A program made the translations under genes and the position numbers. Shown here piece after piece: positions 38,405-47,948 of a stretch of 64,000 nt of DNA (positions are counted from its first letter, which is position 1; every line of letters begins with the position of its first letter). The notes under the pieces were generated by a model, which was given only the letters and a program-made list of their open reading frames with translations, searched no databases and had not been told where the DNA came from. The DNA lies in assembly GCA_050916045.1 (NCBI GenBank), contig CP051526.1:3616001-3680000 (forward strand). The letters run 5' to 3'. This DNA is from Tepidisphaera sp. (GTDB taxonomy: Bacteria; Planctomycetota; Phycisphaerae; Phycisphaerales; UBA1924).

Positions 38405-39691
38405 ATGAATGCGGGTCGATTCGGTTGGTTTGGTGCGGCACTCGCTCTTGGCGGGTTGCATGCTTGCGCGATCGGGCAATCGTGCAGCGGGCCTGAGTAT
38501 CGAGCGGTTGACTGTTCGCTTGTGCCCTTGATCGAAGCGGTCGGCGGCACTTGGGCCGACGGAGGCGGGTCGGGCGGTGGGTCGGGCGGTGGAGCACGTG
38601 ATCCGATGCTGATCTTCCGCGACGCGGGGATCAACATGGTTCGGCTGCGCGTGTGGGTGGATCCGCCCGCTGGTTTCTGCGATACAGCTCAGACGCTTGC
38701 GATGGCCCGCCGTGCCCACGAGGCCGGTTTGGCCGTTCTGATCAGCTTTCATTACTCCGACACCTGGGCCGACCCGGGTCAGCAGACCAAGCCCGCCGCG
38801 TGGGCATCGCTCGAGTTTAGCGCGTTGGTCAACCAGGTCGGCCTGTACACAGCCGGGGTGCTCGACCAACTCGTGGCCCAGGGATCCCCACCCGCGATCG
38901 TGCAGATCGGCAACGAGATCACCGCGGGGATGCTCTGGAACGAGGGCCGAATCGACGGCGGCAACAACTGGCCACGATTTGGGCGTCTGCTGCAAGCGTG
39001 CGCTCTGGCGGTGCGGCAGCACACGCCGACGGCCAAGGTCATGCTCCACATCGATCGCGCCGGCGACATCGAAGGCGCCCGCTGGTGGTTTGATCGCGTC
39101 GTGGCTGAGGAAGTTTCGTTCGATATCGTCGGGCTTTCGTACTACCCCTGGTGGCACGGCTCGTTCGCCGCGATGGAGGCCACGGTCACCGACATGGCCG
39201 CACGCTACGGCAAGCCCGTGTTCATCGTGGAGACAGCCTATCCGTTCACGCTCGGCTGGTCGGACCAGACGTTCAATCTCGTCGGCGATGCGTCGCAGCT
39301 GCTCGACGGCTACGCCGCGACGCCCGCGGGCCAAGCGGCGTACCTCCGCGACGTGTCGGCGTTGGTCGCGAATGTGCCCGGTGGTCTTGGCATGGGCGTC
39401 TGCTACTGGGCTCCCGAGTGGTCGGCCTTCCCGGGCCTCGGATCACCGTGGGAGAACCTGGCCCTGTTTGATTTCGATCACGTCGCGACGCCCGGCCTCA
39501 ACGCGCTCGGCGGCAAGAGCCGCGCGGATTTCAACAGCGACGGGTTCCTGGACTTCTTCGACTACGACGGTTACGTCAACTGCTTTGAGACCGAGGCCTG
39601 CGGTGGGGGCACGGCGGACTTCAACGGCGACGGCTTTGTCGACTTCTTCGACTACGACGACTTCGTCGCTGCCTTCGAGGCTGGCTGCTGA
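38405..39691 (+). CDS. Arabinogalactan endo-beta-1,4-galactanase GH53 with dockerin-like C-terminus
   Basis: RLRVWVDP, FHYSDTWADPGQQTKPAAW, VQIGNEI, GLSYYPWWHG and IVETAYP motifs. Confidence 0.93.
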   Translation: MNAGRFGWFGAALALGGLHACAIGQSCSGPEYRAVDCSLVPLIEAVGGTWADGGGSGGGSGGGARDPMLIFRDAGINMVRLRVWVDPPAGFCDTAQTLAMARRAHEAGLAVLISFHYSDTWADPGQQTKPAAWASLEFSALVNQVGLYTAGVLDQLVAQGSPPAIVQIGNEITAGMLWNEGRIDGGNNWPRFGRLLQACALAVRQHTPTAKVMLHIDRAGDIEGARWWFDRVVAEEVSFDIVGLSYYPWWHGSFAAMEATVTDMAARYGKPVFIVETAYPFTLGWSDQTFNLVGDASQLLDGYAATPAGQAAYLRDVSALVANVPGGLGMGVCYWAPEWSAFPGLGSPWENLALFDFDHVATPGLNALGGKSRADFNSDGFLDFFDYDGYVNCFETEACGGGTADFNGDGFVDFFDYDDFVAAFEAGC

Positions 39692-39792
39692 AGCCAACCG
39701 CCCCGGCGGGTGCGAGTGCGGGTGCGAGGGTGGGTGCGGGGGCCTCGGCGGGCCGGGCCCATACCATGGACCATTCGAGAGGACGGTCCCCG

Positions 39793-40935
39793 ATGAAAGT
39801 GCTCGGCCTGTTCGCGATGCTGCTCACCCCCGCCCTCCTTCCGCCGCTTTCGGGTTGCATCGACATCAACCCGCCGGACCCTTCGGGACGGACGTGGAGC
39901 CCGCCCAGGGACGACACTACCGCCGGTCCTGCCGTGCGGCCGCCGCAGGAAGCCGCCGCGCGCCCTCCGCTTGAGTTCCACATCCAGCTCTCCGTCCAGG
40001 AGCAACTCCCCCGAGCCAAGGGCCTCGGCGCGACCATCCGCTACCCGCAGCCGGGGTCAGACCTCCCGATCTACACCGGCAAGGTCGCCATCGTCTACGA
40101 GTGGCGGCCCAAGGACGGCCTCGAAGAGCGCACCAACCCGCGCACCGGCAAGGACTACGGCCCCATCTGGAAGGACACCGTCGCCGAGCAGATGCAGCCC
40201 GACAACCTGCAGCGACACCTCAATTCCGTCGACCGGTGGATCGGCACCTTCGTCCCGGCGAACTTCGAAGGCACCGTCGTGCTCGATGTCGAACGCTGGC
40301 CGCTCAAAAGCGACACCTTCCACCTCGGCGCCCACGCCAAGCAGCAGCTCGACAAGCTCGCCCCGGGCAAGAAGCAAGCCGAGCTCATGGCCGAGTTCAT
40401 GCGGATCACCGAAGCTCGCGCCCGCGCCGTCCGCCCCCGCGTGAAAGCCTGGGGCTGGTGGTCCATGGGCGAGATGCACCCCGCTTTCCCCATCTGGCAC
40501 AAGGACAAGTACAAGGCCTGGCGTGAGACCGACCTCCCCGCCGAGCGCCAGGCCCTCGAAGGAACCTGGATCCCCTTCCCAAGCTTCTACTTCCCCACAA
40601 GCTTTTCCAAAGCGAACGAACGAGCCGCCGCCTGGCCCCTGATCACCGAGCACTGGACGCTTCTCTACGGCCAGGAACGCCTCGCCCGAGATGGGTACGC
40701 CTACCTCAACATCCGCCACCCGTACAACGCCTCCAAGGAATTCGCGAGCAAACCGCTCACCCGCGAACAGTTCCACGAATGCGTGGAAGCCGCGTGGTCC
40801 GTCGGCATCCGCCGGTTCGTCATCTGGGACTCGATCGATAAGCCCGAAGTCCGCGACATCGCGCAGCGGTTCATCGACGAGATCCTCGTGCCCGAGGTGA
40901 GGCTTTGCGTCGAGCGGTATCGGGCGGAGCGATAG
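39793..40935 (+). CDS. Lipoprotein with GH56 hyaluronidase-like TIM-barrel motifs
   Basis: LSGC lipobox; NLQRHL...NFEGTVVLDVERW, RAVRP..AWGWW, FPSFY and GIRRFVIWDS motifs. Confidence 0.7.
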   Translation: MKVLGLFAMLLTPALLPPLSGCIDINPPDPSGRTWSPPRDDTTAGPAVRPPQEAAARPPLEFHIQLSVQEQLPRAKGLGATIRYPQPGSDLPIYTGKVAIVYEWRPKDGLEERTNPRTGKDYGPIWKDTVAEQMQPDNLQRHLNSVDRWIGTFVPANFEGTVVLDVERWPLKSDTFHLGAHAKQQLDKLAPGKKQAELMAEFMRITEARARAVRPRVKAWGWWSMGEMHPAFPIWHKDKYKAWRETDLPAERQALEGTWIPFPSFYFPTSFSKANERAAAWPLITEHWTLLYGQERLARDGYAYLNIRHPYNASKEFASKPLTREQFHECVEAAWSVGIRRFVIWDSIDKPEVRDIAQRFIDEILVPEVRLCVERYRAER

Positions 40936-40973
40936 TGGAAAGCCTTCCGCAACAACGCTCCTAACATCGCGGC

Positions 40974-42533
40974 ATGCCGGACGAGTCCGTGTCGTCTTCA
41001 CCTCAACCCGATTCGTCTCATCCGCCTGCCGAGCTTCAGCCGCCGAGCTTGCAGCCGGCGCGTTCCCCTCTCCGCGAGCTTTTCGCCATCGCCGGCCCCA
41101 CCGTCGCGACAATGACGTCGTATACCGCGATGACCTTCACCGACAAGTGGCTCGTCTCGCGCCTGGACCCCGAGTTGGTCGGTGCTCAGGGCAACGGCGG
41201 CCTCGCGTCCTGGGTGCCCCAAGCGTTCATGTACGGCACGCTTCAGGTCATCAACACCTACGTCTCCCAGAACATGGGCGCCGGAAACGCAAGCCGCGGC
41301 GCGGCGTACGCCTGGAACGGCATCTTCATCGCCGCGGCTTTCTCCCTTCTCCTTCAGCCGTACGCCCTGCTCCTCCCGTGGATCTTCGAGAAAGCCGCGA
41401 TGGACCCGGCCCAAGCCGCCCCCGCCGTTGAGTACGGCCGCATCCTGATCTGGGGCTGCTTTCTCAACATGGCGACGCGGGCCCTCGGCCAGTTCTTCTA
41501 CGGCCTTCACAAAGCCGGCATCGTCATGATTGCGGGCATCCTCGCCAATATCGTCAACCTCGTCGTCAGCGCCATGCTCGTCTTCGGCCAGGACACGAGC
41601 AACCGCGGCCTGGGCTTGTTCGGCGAGATGGTGGCGTGGCTTTCGGCGACCGTGGGCCTCGAGGGGGGCATGGGCATCGCCGGATCCGCGTGGGGCACGG
41701 TGATCGCGACCGGTGTTGAGCTTTCGATCCCGCTGGCGTTCTTCCTCTCGGCCAAGATGAACCGCCAGTACGGCACGCGCACCTCATGGCGTCTCTCCTG
41801 GCCGCACATCCGGGACATCCTGCGGATCGGCTGGCCCGGCGGCGCGATGTTCGCCAACGAGATGATCTGCTGGGGCTTCTTCATGGTCTACCTCGTCAGC
41901 CACCACGGGAAAGCCCACGCCTCCGCCGGCTGGATCACCCACCAGTACATGTCCCTTTCGTTCATGCCGGCGGTCGGCATGTCCGTCGCGACCACGGCGA
42001 TCGTCGGCAAGTACATCGGCGCCGGCCGCCACGACCTGGCCGCCGCTCGCTACTGGCTCGCCCTTCGGTGGACCGTCGCGTACATGGGCTTGTGCGCCCT
42101 GATCTTCGTCGTCTTCCGCCACCAGCTCATCGCGCTCTTTGTGAAGGACGGGACGCCGCCGGAAGAGGTGGCGGAGTTGGTGCGGCTTGGTTCGATGATG
42201 CTCATCGCGACGGCGACCTTCCAGATCTTCGACGCGGGAGCGATGGTGACCTCCGGGGCCCTCCGCGGCGCGGGCGACACGCTCTTCCCCGGAGTCGCGA
42301 CGATCGTTTCATCCTGGGTGATCATCGTGGGGGGCGGATTTGCCCTGCTTTACGCGTTCCCCGGCCTCGAGAGCCTCGGAGCCTGGATGGCAGCTTCGGC
42401 GTACATCATCGTCCTCTGCCTGCTCCTGGTCGGCCGCTTCCTGGCGGGCCACTGGAAGACGATCAAGCTGCTCCCCGGGTCCGCGCCCGCCCCCGCTGGC
42501 GACGGCGTGACCGACGGCATCACGCCGCCGTGA
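40974..42533 (+). CDS. MATE family efflux transporter
   Basis: About 12 TM; RELFAIAGP, GIAGSAWGT, ILRIGWP and GALRGAGDT motifs. Confidence 0.93.
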   Translation: MPDESVSSSPQPDSSHPPAELQPPSLQPARSPLRELFAIAGPTVATMTSYTAMTFTDKWLVSRLDPELVGAQGNGGLASWVPQAFMYGTLQVINTYVSQNMGAGNASRGAAYAWNGIFIAAAFSLLLQPYALLLPWIFEKAAMDPAQAAPAVEYGRILIWGCFLNMATRALGQFFYGLHKAGIVMIAGILANIVNLVVSAMLVFGQDTSNRGLGLFGEMVAWLSATVGLEGGMGIAGSAWGTVIATGVELSIPLAFFLSAKMNRQYGTRTSWRLSWPHIRDILRIGWPGGAMFANEMICWGFFMVYLVSHHGKAHASAGWITHQYMSLSFMPAVGMSVATTAIVGKYIGAGRHDLAAARYWLALRWTVAYMGLCALIFVVFRHQLIALFVKDGTPPEEVAELVRLGSMMLIATATFQIFDAGAMVTSGALRGAGDTLFPGVATIVSSWVIIVGGGFALLYAFPGLESLGAWMAASAYIIVLCLLLVGRFLAGHWKTIKLLPGSAPAPAGDGVTDGITPP

Positions 42534-42682
42534 GTAAACCGAACATCGGTCGTACGCCCTGATCTGTTTGGATTTTGAAAGGATAGAGCGGTTTGAGTTG
42601 GCTCAACGAGCCCTCTAGAATGCGCACTTGGACCTCTTCCCATGGGCACGGGACCGGTCCGCGCACAGTTCAGGAGACTTGG

Positions 42683-43630
42683 ATGACGCACGATCCGCTT
42701 GACACGGTCATTGGTGGTGTTGGAAACGGAACCGAGACCCGGCGCGACGCGGCCGCCGCCGCCAAACACCTCGCCGCCGCGACCAAAGCCGAGCAGGCCG
42801 GCGACCGCTGGACCGCCATCGCCGAACTCCGCAAAGCGGTCTCCGCCGACCCGGAGAACCCCCACATCCTGTTCAAGCTCGCGTACCACCTCGACCTCGT
42901 CGGCGAGGAAGAGGAAGCCATCGCCGCCTACGAGCGCTGCACCGAGAAGCCGCCGGCGATGGTCAACGCTCTGATCAACCTCGCCGTCCTCTACGAAGAT
43001 CGCGGCGAATACGTCCGCGCCGAGCGCTGCCTCCGCCAGGTCCTCGACACCAACTCCAACCACCCGCGAGCCCAGCTCTACGTCAAGGACGTCCTGGCGA
43101 GCAAGGACATGGTCATCGAGGATGAGCCGGACCGCGACCACTTCAAGCGCAAAGCCCTCATGGATACCCCCGTGACGGACTTTGAGCTTTCCGTTCGCGC
43201 CCGCACCTGCCTCAAGAAGATGAGCATCCGCACGCTGGGCGACCTGCTCCGCATCACCGAAGCCGAGCTCATGAGCTACAAGAACTTCGGCGACAGCAGC
43301 CTCGTCGAGATCAAGAAGATGCTCTCCGCCCGCGGCCTCAAGCTCGGCCAGGGCCTCGAGGATGCGCACCGCGCCGCCCGCCGCCAGCTCGTCGAGCAGT
43401 TCAAGGGCACCGGCAAGGAGAACGCTCTCGGCAAGCTCGTCGCCGACCTCCCCATGTCCATCCGGGCTCGCAAAGCCCTGCAGCTCCTCAACATCGTGAC
43501 CCTCGGCGACCTCGCCAGCCACACCGAAGCGGAGCTCATGGGCGTCAAGAACTTCGGCTCAACCAGCCTGAAGGAAGTCCGCGAACGCTTGGCCGAGAAC
43601 GGCCTGGCCCTCCGCAAGCTCGACACCTGA
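42683..43630 (+). CDS. TPR protein with two RNA polymerase alpha C-terminal domains
   Basis: TPR helices, then ELSVRARTCL...KNFGDSSLVEIK and MSIRARKAL...KNFGSTSLKEVR; AGGAG SD. Confidence 0.92.
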   Translation: MTHDPLDTVIGGVGNGTETRRDAAAAAKHLAAATKAEQAGDRWTAIAELRKAVSADPENPHILFKLAYHLDLVGEEEEAIAAYERCTEKPPAMVNALINLAVLYEDRGEYVRAERCLRQVLDTNSNHPRAQLYVKDVLASKDMVIEDEPDRDHFKRKALMDTPVTDFELSVRARTCLKKMSIRTLGDLLRITEAELMSYKNFGDSSLVEIKKMLSARGLKLGQGLEDAHRAARRQLVEQFKGTGKENALGKLVADLPMSIRARKALQLLNIVTLGDLASHTEAELMGVKNFGSTSLKEVRERLAENGLALRKLDT

Positions 43631-43652
43631 GCTGGACACCCGCGACATCACG

Positions 43653-43683
43653 AAGCCCACGGGTTCAACCCGTGGGCTTTTTC
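43653..43683. terminator. Terminator between convergent genes
   Basis: AAGCCCACGGGTT/AACCCGTGGGCTT followed by TTT. Confidence 0.8.
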
Positions 43684-43692
43684 ATTGAACCC

Positions 43693-43992
43693 TCACGGAT
43701 CCGTCGGGTTTCGGGCCTCTTTGAGGACTTCCGGATCGCGCTGGTTGGTCTCGCGGTACGACGCCCGCGCTTCGATGTACTTCTCCGGGCTCACCTTGAG
43801 GTCGGGCTCCACGCCCGCCCCGTGCTGCGCGTGAAGGTGCTTGAGGAACGGCACGCACCACATGCAACCAGTCCCCGCCGAAAGGCACTCGGAGATCAGC
43901 GAAGCCACTCGGGGGTTCTCCCGCGCCAGAAAACCGCGGATCTTCCGGAGCGTCACGTGAAAGCACAGACAGACTTCATCGTCCGGGTCCAT
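43693..43992 (-). CDS. BFD-like [2Fe-2S]-binding protein
   Basis: VCLCFHV...AGTGCMWCVP motif. Confidence 0.85.
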   Translation of the reverse strand: MDPDDEVCLCFHVTLRKIRGFLARENPRVASLISECLSAGTGCMWCVPFLKHLHAQHGAGVEPDLKVSPEKYIEARASYRETNQRDPEVLKEARNPTDP

Positions 43993-44013
43993 GCTTCATC
44001 GTAGGTTTGGCCC

Positions 44014-44826
44014 TCAGCGCTCCAGCCAGTCCAGGATCTCGAACACGCCGACGATCTCGTGCCCCGGGAACACCCTCGTCGCGCGGGCTTTCAGCCTTTC
44101 GTCCGCGTTCGCCGGACACCCAAACGCCGCCACCCGCTCCAGAATCGGCATGTCGCTGAAGCTGTCTCCGATCCCGGCGCACCGCTCCCGCGTCAGGCCG
44201 GTCATCGCAAAGACCCGATCGATCCCCGTCCCCTTGTCGATGTGCTTGAGATCGCAGTTGATCCACGCGACGGTCATCGAAACGCGAAAGCCCCAGCCCT
44301 CGCGCCCGAACCGTTCCTCAAGCACCGGCCACGCCCGCCGCAGGGTCTCTCCGTCAGGATGCCAGAGCGAGATCGAAGCCGCTTTCCCGGGCTGAATCAC
44401 AATCCCCCTCGGGGCCCACTCCGCTTCGATGTACCGCGTGGCGTCGTGCACCCATCGCAGATGCTCGGCCGTGATCGCCGGGTCGCGCAGGAATCGCTGC
44501 CCACGCGGGTCGTACACCCACACCCCGTTCTCGCAGACGCACGGCACCGACGTGTTGCCGATCACCCGGCACAAAGCCTCGACGAACGGCTGCGGGCGGC
44601 CGGAGCAAAGCGTCACCACCGGCACGTCTCCCGACGCTTGCGCCCGCCGGTTGTGATCGGCCAGACGGGCCAGAGCGTGGGCATCCATCGGCTCGTGCGA
44701 TTCAGGCCCCAGACATCCGTCGATATCGCAGAAAACCGCGTCCAAGCGGCGGCGGGCGGGGCCCGAAACGGAACCCGAAAGGGGCTCCCCGTGCGGTCCC
44801 AGAACGTTGGCGGGCGGCTGACTCAT
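44014..44826 (-). CDS. HAD superfamily hydrolase (subfamily IIB)
   Basis: DIDGCL, CSGR, CENG, DKGTG and GDSFSD motifs. Confidence 0.9.
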   Translation of the reverse strand: MSQPPANVLGPHGEPLSGSVSGPARRRLDAVFCDIDGCLGPESHEPMDAHALARLADHNRRAQASGDVPVVTLCSGRPQPFVEALCRVIGNTSVPCVCENGVWVYDPRGQRFLRDPAITAEHLRWVHDATRYIEAEWAPRGIVIQPGKAASISLWHPDGETLRRAWPVLEERFGREGWGFRVSMTVAWINCDLKHIDKGTGIDRVFAMTGLTRERCAGIGDSFSDMPILERVAAFGCPANADERLKARATRVFPGHEIVGVFEILDWLER

Positions 44827-44832
44827 CGCGCG

Positions 44833-44839
44833 TACCATA
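44833..44839. promoter_or_regulatory. Overlapping bidirectional -10 element serving two leaderless genes
   Basis: TACCAT (+) 6 nt before GTG 44845; TATGGT (-) 7 nt before ATG 44826. Confidence 0.6.
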
Positions 44840-44844
44840 CGGGC

Positions 44845-45303
44845 GTGGACCGCCGCTGGTGGAACCCGATTCTGATCCTTCTGGCGACGCTCGCCGTTGT
44901 CGGATTGATCGCTCTCGCCGCGTTCCAAAGCTACTCCTGGCACATCTTCGCGATGGCGGTCATCGCCGTCGGCTCAATCGGCACACTGGCGTTCCCGCTC
45001 TTTGTCCGAGACCTGAGCCACGCCACCTCGCCGCCCACGCGGCCCTGGTTCACCAAACTCGACGGCTCCTGCCCGGACTGCGGCTATCCCGGTGAGGGGA
45101 TCGAAGGGTGCCGCTGTCCGGAATGCGGCGGCCACATCCCGCCGGGCTTCGCGTCCGTCGCGGCGCTCAAAGCTATTCATGACGCCAGCGGCCCCGCCGA
45201 GTGCGTCGTCTGCCACGCCGTCCACATGGATCTGCCGCCGGGGGTCGCCTGCCCCAACTGCGGGTCCCGCCGACGCAAATCCCTCGCGGCCCACACCCGT
45301 TAG
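44845..45303 (+). CDS. Two-TM membrane protein with double zinc ribbon
   Basis: CPDCGY...CPECG and CVVC...CPNCG motifs. Confidence 0.75.
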   Translation: MDRRWWNPILILLATLAVVGLIALAAFQSYSWHIFAMAVIAVGSIGTLAFPLFVRDLSHATSPPTRPWFTKLDGSCPDCGYPGEGIEGCRCPECGGHIPPGFASVAALKAIHDASGPAECVVCHAVHMDLPPGVACPNCGSRRRKSLAAHTR

Positions 45304-45329
45304 ACTCTGGCTTCCCGCCGGAGTCCCGC

Positions 45330-47927
45330 ATGCCGCTGTTCGCAGCCACCATTTTCCTTTCCGCCACGCTTCTCTTCCTCGTCCAGCCCATGGTCGGCAA
45401 GATGCTCCTGCCGCTCGCCGGCGGAAGCTCGGCCGTCTGGAACACCTGCATGGTGTCGTTCCAAGCGGCGCTTCTCGCGGGCTACCTCTACTCCCACGTG
45501 CTCACGACGCGTTTCTCGCTCAAGGTCCAGGTCGGCATCCACTCCACACTGGCCCTCGTGACCATCGCGGCGCTTCCTTTCGCCCAGCCCTCCTCCCCGC
45601 CACCCACCGAATCGACGATCGCTCTGACGCTCTGGCTCATCCAGACCATCGCCGTGACGGTCGGCTTGCCGTTCTTCGTGGTGAGCACGACCGGGCCGCT
45701 GCTCCAGAGCTGGTTCTCGCGGACCGACCACCCGCGCGCGAGCGACCCCTACTTCCTCTACGCGGCAAGCAACATCGGAAGCTCGCTCGGTCTGCTCGGG
45801 TACCCGTTCCTTCTTGAGTCGACATTCAACATCGCCGGACAGTCCTTTATCTGGGCCGCGAGCTTCGTCCTGCTCGCAATCCTGCTCATCTCCTGCGGCA
45901 TCTCCGCCGCCCGAAACCAAGCCCAGCAACTCATCCTGCCCGACGCTCCCAAGGCCGCCCCCGAGGCGATCACCTGGAAGCGGCGCGGCTTGTGGATCGC
46001 CCTCTCCGCCGTGCCGTCAAGCCTGATGATCGGCGTCACCCAGCACATCTCGACCGACCTCGCCGCCGTCCCGCTTCTGTGGGTGATCCCCCTCTTCCTC
46101 TACCTCCTCACGTTCACGCTCGCGTTCTCCCCGCGGATCGCCCTCTCGACGCCGCTGCTCGGATGGATCACCTTGTTCCTTGTCTTCGCTGACGGCATCG
46201 TGCTGATGACGGGCCTGAACAAGCCTTTCGTGCCCATCCTCTCCCTCCACATCGCGACGTTCTTCATCGCGGCGCTCATGTGCCACCGCCGGCTCGCCGA
46301 CGATCGCCCGAGCCCGGCACGGCTGACCGAGTTCTTCTTCTACGTCGCTCTCGGAGGGGTTCTGGGCGGCATCTTCAACGCTCTCATCGCCCCCCTGATC
46401 TTCACGCTGGTGTTCGAGTACCCCGTCGCTCTTGCGGCGTGCGTCCTGCTCCGTCCCTGGACGCGCACGGATCTGTCGGCACGCGAGACGCCGACCCTTC
46501 GCGAGCGGCTTTCCGCGTTCTCCGAAAGCCGGGCGGGCTTCGCGATCGCTTTCTTCGCCGCTGCGGCGTTTCTCGGGCTGGTCTGGGTGCTCCCCTCGGT
46601 CCTCACCTCGATGGGCGTGCGAACAATCTACGTCGAAGGAACGCGGGCGATTCTCGCGATGAGCCTCTGCCTCACGCTCGCTCTGCTCATCCGCAGGCCC
46701 GTCGTCTCCGCTCTCCCGTTCCTCGCCGTCGCGATGGCCGGGCAATACCTCGGCAAGCTCTCTTACGGCGATGACACGCTCGCGCTCAAGCGGAGCTTCT
46801 TCGGCGTTCACCATGTCTACACCGTTGCCGCCCGCTCGGAGGGACGCATCGATCCGACCAAGCCCGCCGCGCACAAACTCATGCACGGCACGACGCTCCA
46901 CGGAGCCCAGCTCTTCGGCACCCTCGAACGCAAGCGGCCCGACGGCTCGGTCTTCTCCTCCGACGCCGAGCGGCTCGCCACCACGTACTACCACCCCAAC
47001 GGCCCGGTCGGCGACATCATGCGCCACCTCGCCAACACCCCCGCGCGACGCGCGGCCGCCGGCCCCCCCACTGCGGCATTGCTCGACGCAGCCCGCGCGG
47101 GGATCCTGACCGACCGCGGCGTTCCCGCGCTGCCATCGCTTTCGGCCGGGTCGCTCGCGGCGTGGCCCGCCGTCGTGCAATCCATCGCCGACTCCTCGCG
47201 GGTCGGAGCACCGATCACGCGCGTCGCGATCGTCGGCCTGGGCTCGGGCGCCATGGCCGCCTACGCCGGTCCGGGAGACCAGTACACCTACTACGAGATC
47301 GACCCCGCCGTCCGCGACATCGCCACCGACCCCGCTCTCTTCACCTACATCACCGGCGCCCAAGCCCGTGGAGCCAAGATCGACATCGTCATGGGCGACG
47401 GCCGACTCTCGATCGCCCAGGCCCCGGACAAGTCCTTCGGACTCATCGTCCTCGACGCGTTCAGCTCGGACTCCATCCCCGTCCACCTCCTGACCAAGGA
47501 AGCCGTCCAGCTCTACCTCAGCAAGCTGCGCGATGACGGCATCGTCGCTTTCCATATCTCCAACCGTTACTTCGACCTCCGCCCGGTCCTCCTCGCCCAC
47601 TCCCTCGTCCTCCAGAAGCCAGCGTTTCTCGGCGAAAGCGGACCCGCCCGAGACCCGGCCGCTCCGCGCGGCGTGACCCCCGCCCGAGACTCCGCCGAGT
47701 TCATGGCCGCCTCCACCTGGCTGGTTATGGCGAACAACCCCGCCGCACTGGCCAACTTCGCCACCGACGGCCCTTTCTGGGTCCCGCTCGTGACCCCGCC
47801 GCAGTATCTTCCTTCCAAGACCGGCCGCCCCCCGAGAAAGACGCTCCCCGAATGGACCGATGATTTCTCGGATGTCCTGACGGTCTTCCGCTGGAAAGAG
47901 GACACCAAGCCGATCGGACCGAGTTAG
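45330..47927 (+). CDS. Fused MFS-like membrane domain/spermidine synthase-like methyltransferase
   Basis: LLFLVQPMVGKMLLP, LMHGTTLHGAQ, VGLGSG, YEIDP, GDGR and DAFSSDSIPVHLLT motifs. Confidence 0.9.
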   Translation: MPLFAATIFLSATLLFLVQPMVGKMLLPLAGGSSAVWNTCMVSFQAALLAGYLYSHVLTTRFSLKVQVGIHSTLALVTIAALPFAQPSSPPPTESTIALTLWLIQTIAVTVGLPFFVVSTTGPLLQSWFSRTDHPRASDPYFLYAASNIGSSLGLLGYPFLLESTFNIAGQSFIWAASFVLLAILLISCGISAARNQAQQLILPDAPKAAPEAITWKRRGLWIALSAVPSSLMIGVTQHISTDLAAVPLLWVIPLFLYLLTFTLAFSPRIALSTPLLGWITLFLVFADGIVLMTGLNKPFVPILSLHIATFFIAALMCHRRLADDRPSPARLTEFFFYVALGGVLGGIFNALIAPLIFTLVFEYPVALAACVLLRPWTRTDLSARETPTLRERLSAFSESRAGFAIAFFAAAAFLGLVWVLPSVLTSMGVRTIYVEGTRAILAMSLCLTLALLIRRPVVSALPFLAVAMAGQYLGKLSYGDDTLALKRSFFGVHHVYTVAARSEGRIDPTKPAAHKLMHGTTLHGAQLFGTLERKRPDGSVFSSDAERLATTYYHPNGPVGDIMRHLANTPARRAAAGPPTAALLDAARAGILTDRGVPALPSLSAGSLAAWPAVVQSIADSSRVGAPITRVAIVGLGSGAMAAYAGPGDQYTYYEIDPAVRDIATDPALFTYITGAQARGAKIDIVMGDGRLSIAQAPDKSFGLIVLDAFSSDSIPVHLLTKEAVQLYLSKLRDDGIVAFHISNRYFDLRPVLLAHSLVLQKPAFLGESGPARDPAAPRGVTPARDSAEFMAASTWLVMANNPAALANFATDGPFWVPLVTPPQYLPSKTGRPPRKTLPEWTDDFSDVLTVFRWKEDTKPIGPS

Positions 47928-47948
47928 TCCCCCTTCGTACACTGCCCC

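Noticed and set aside
38571..38593. Phase-variable repeat in the GH53 gene
   Set aside because: The 12-bp in-frame Gly-Gly-Gly-Ser unit cannot shift the frame.
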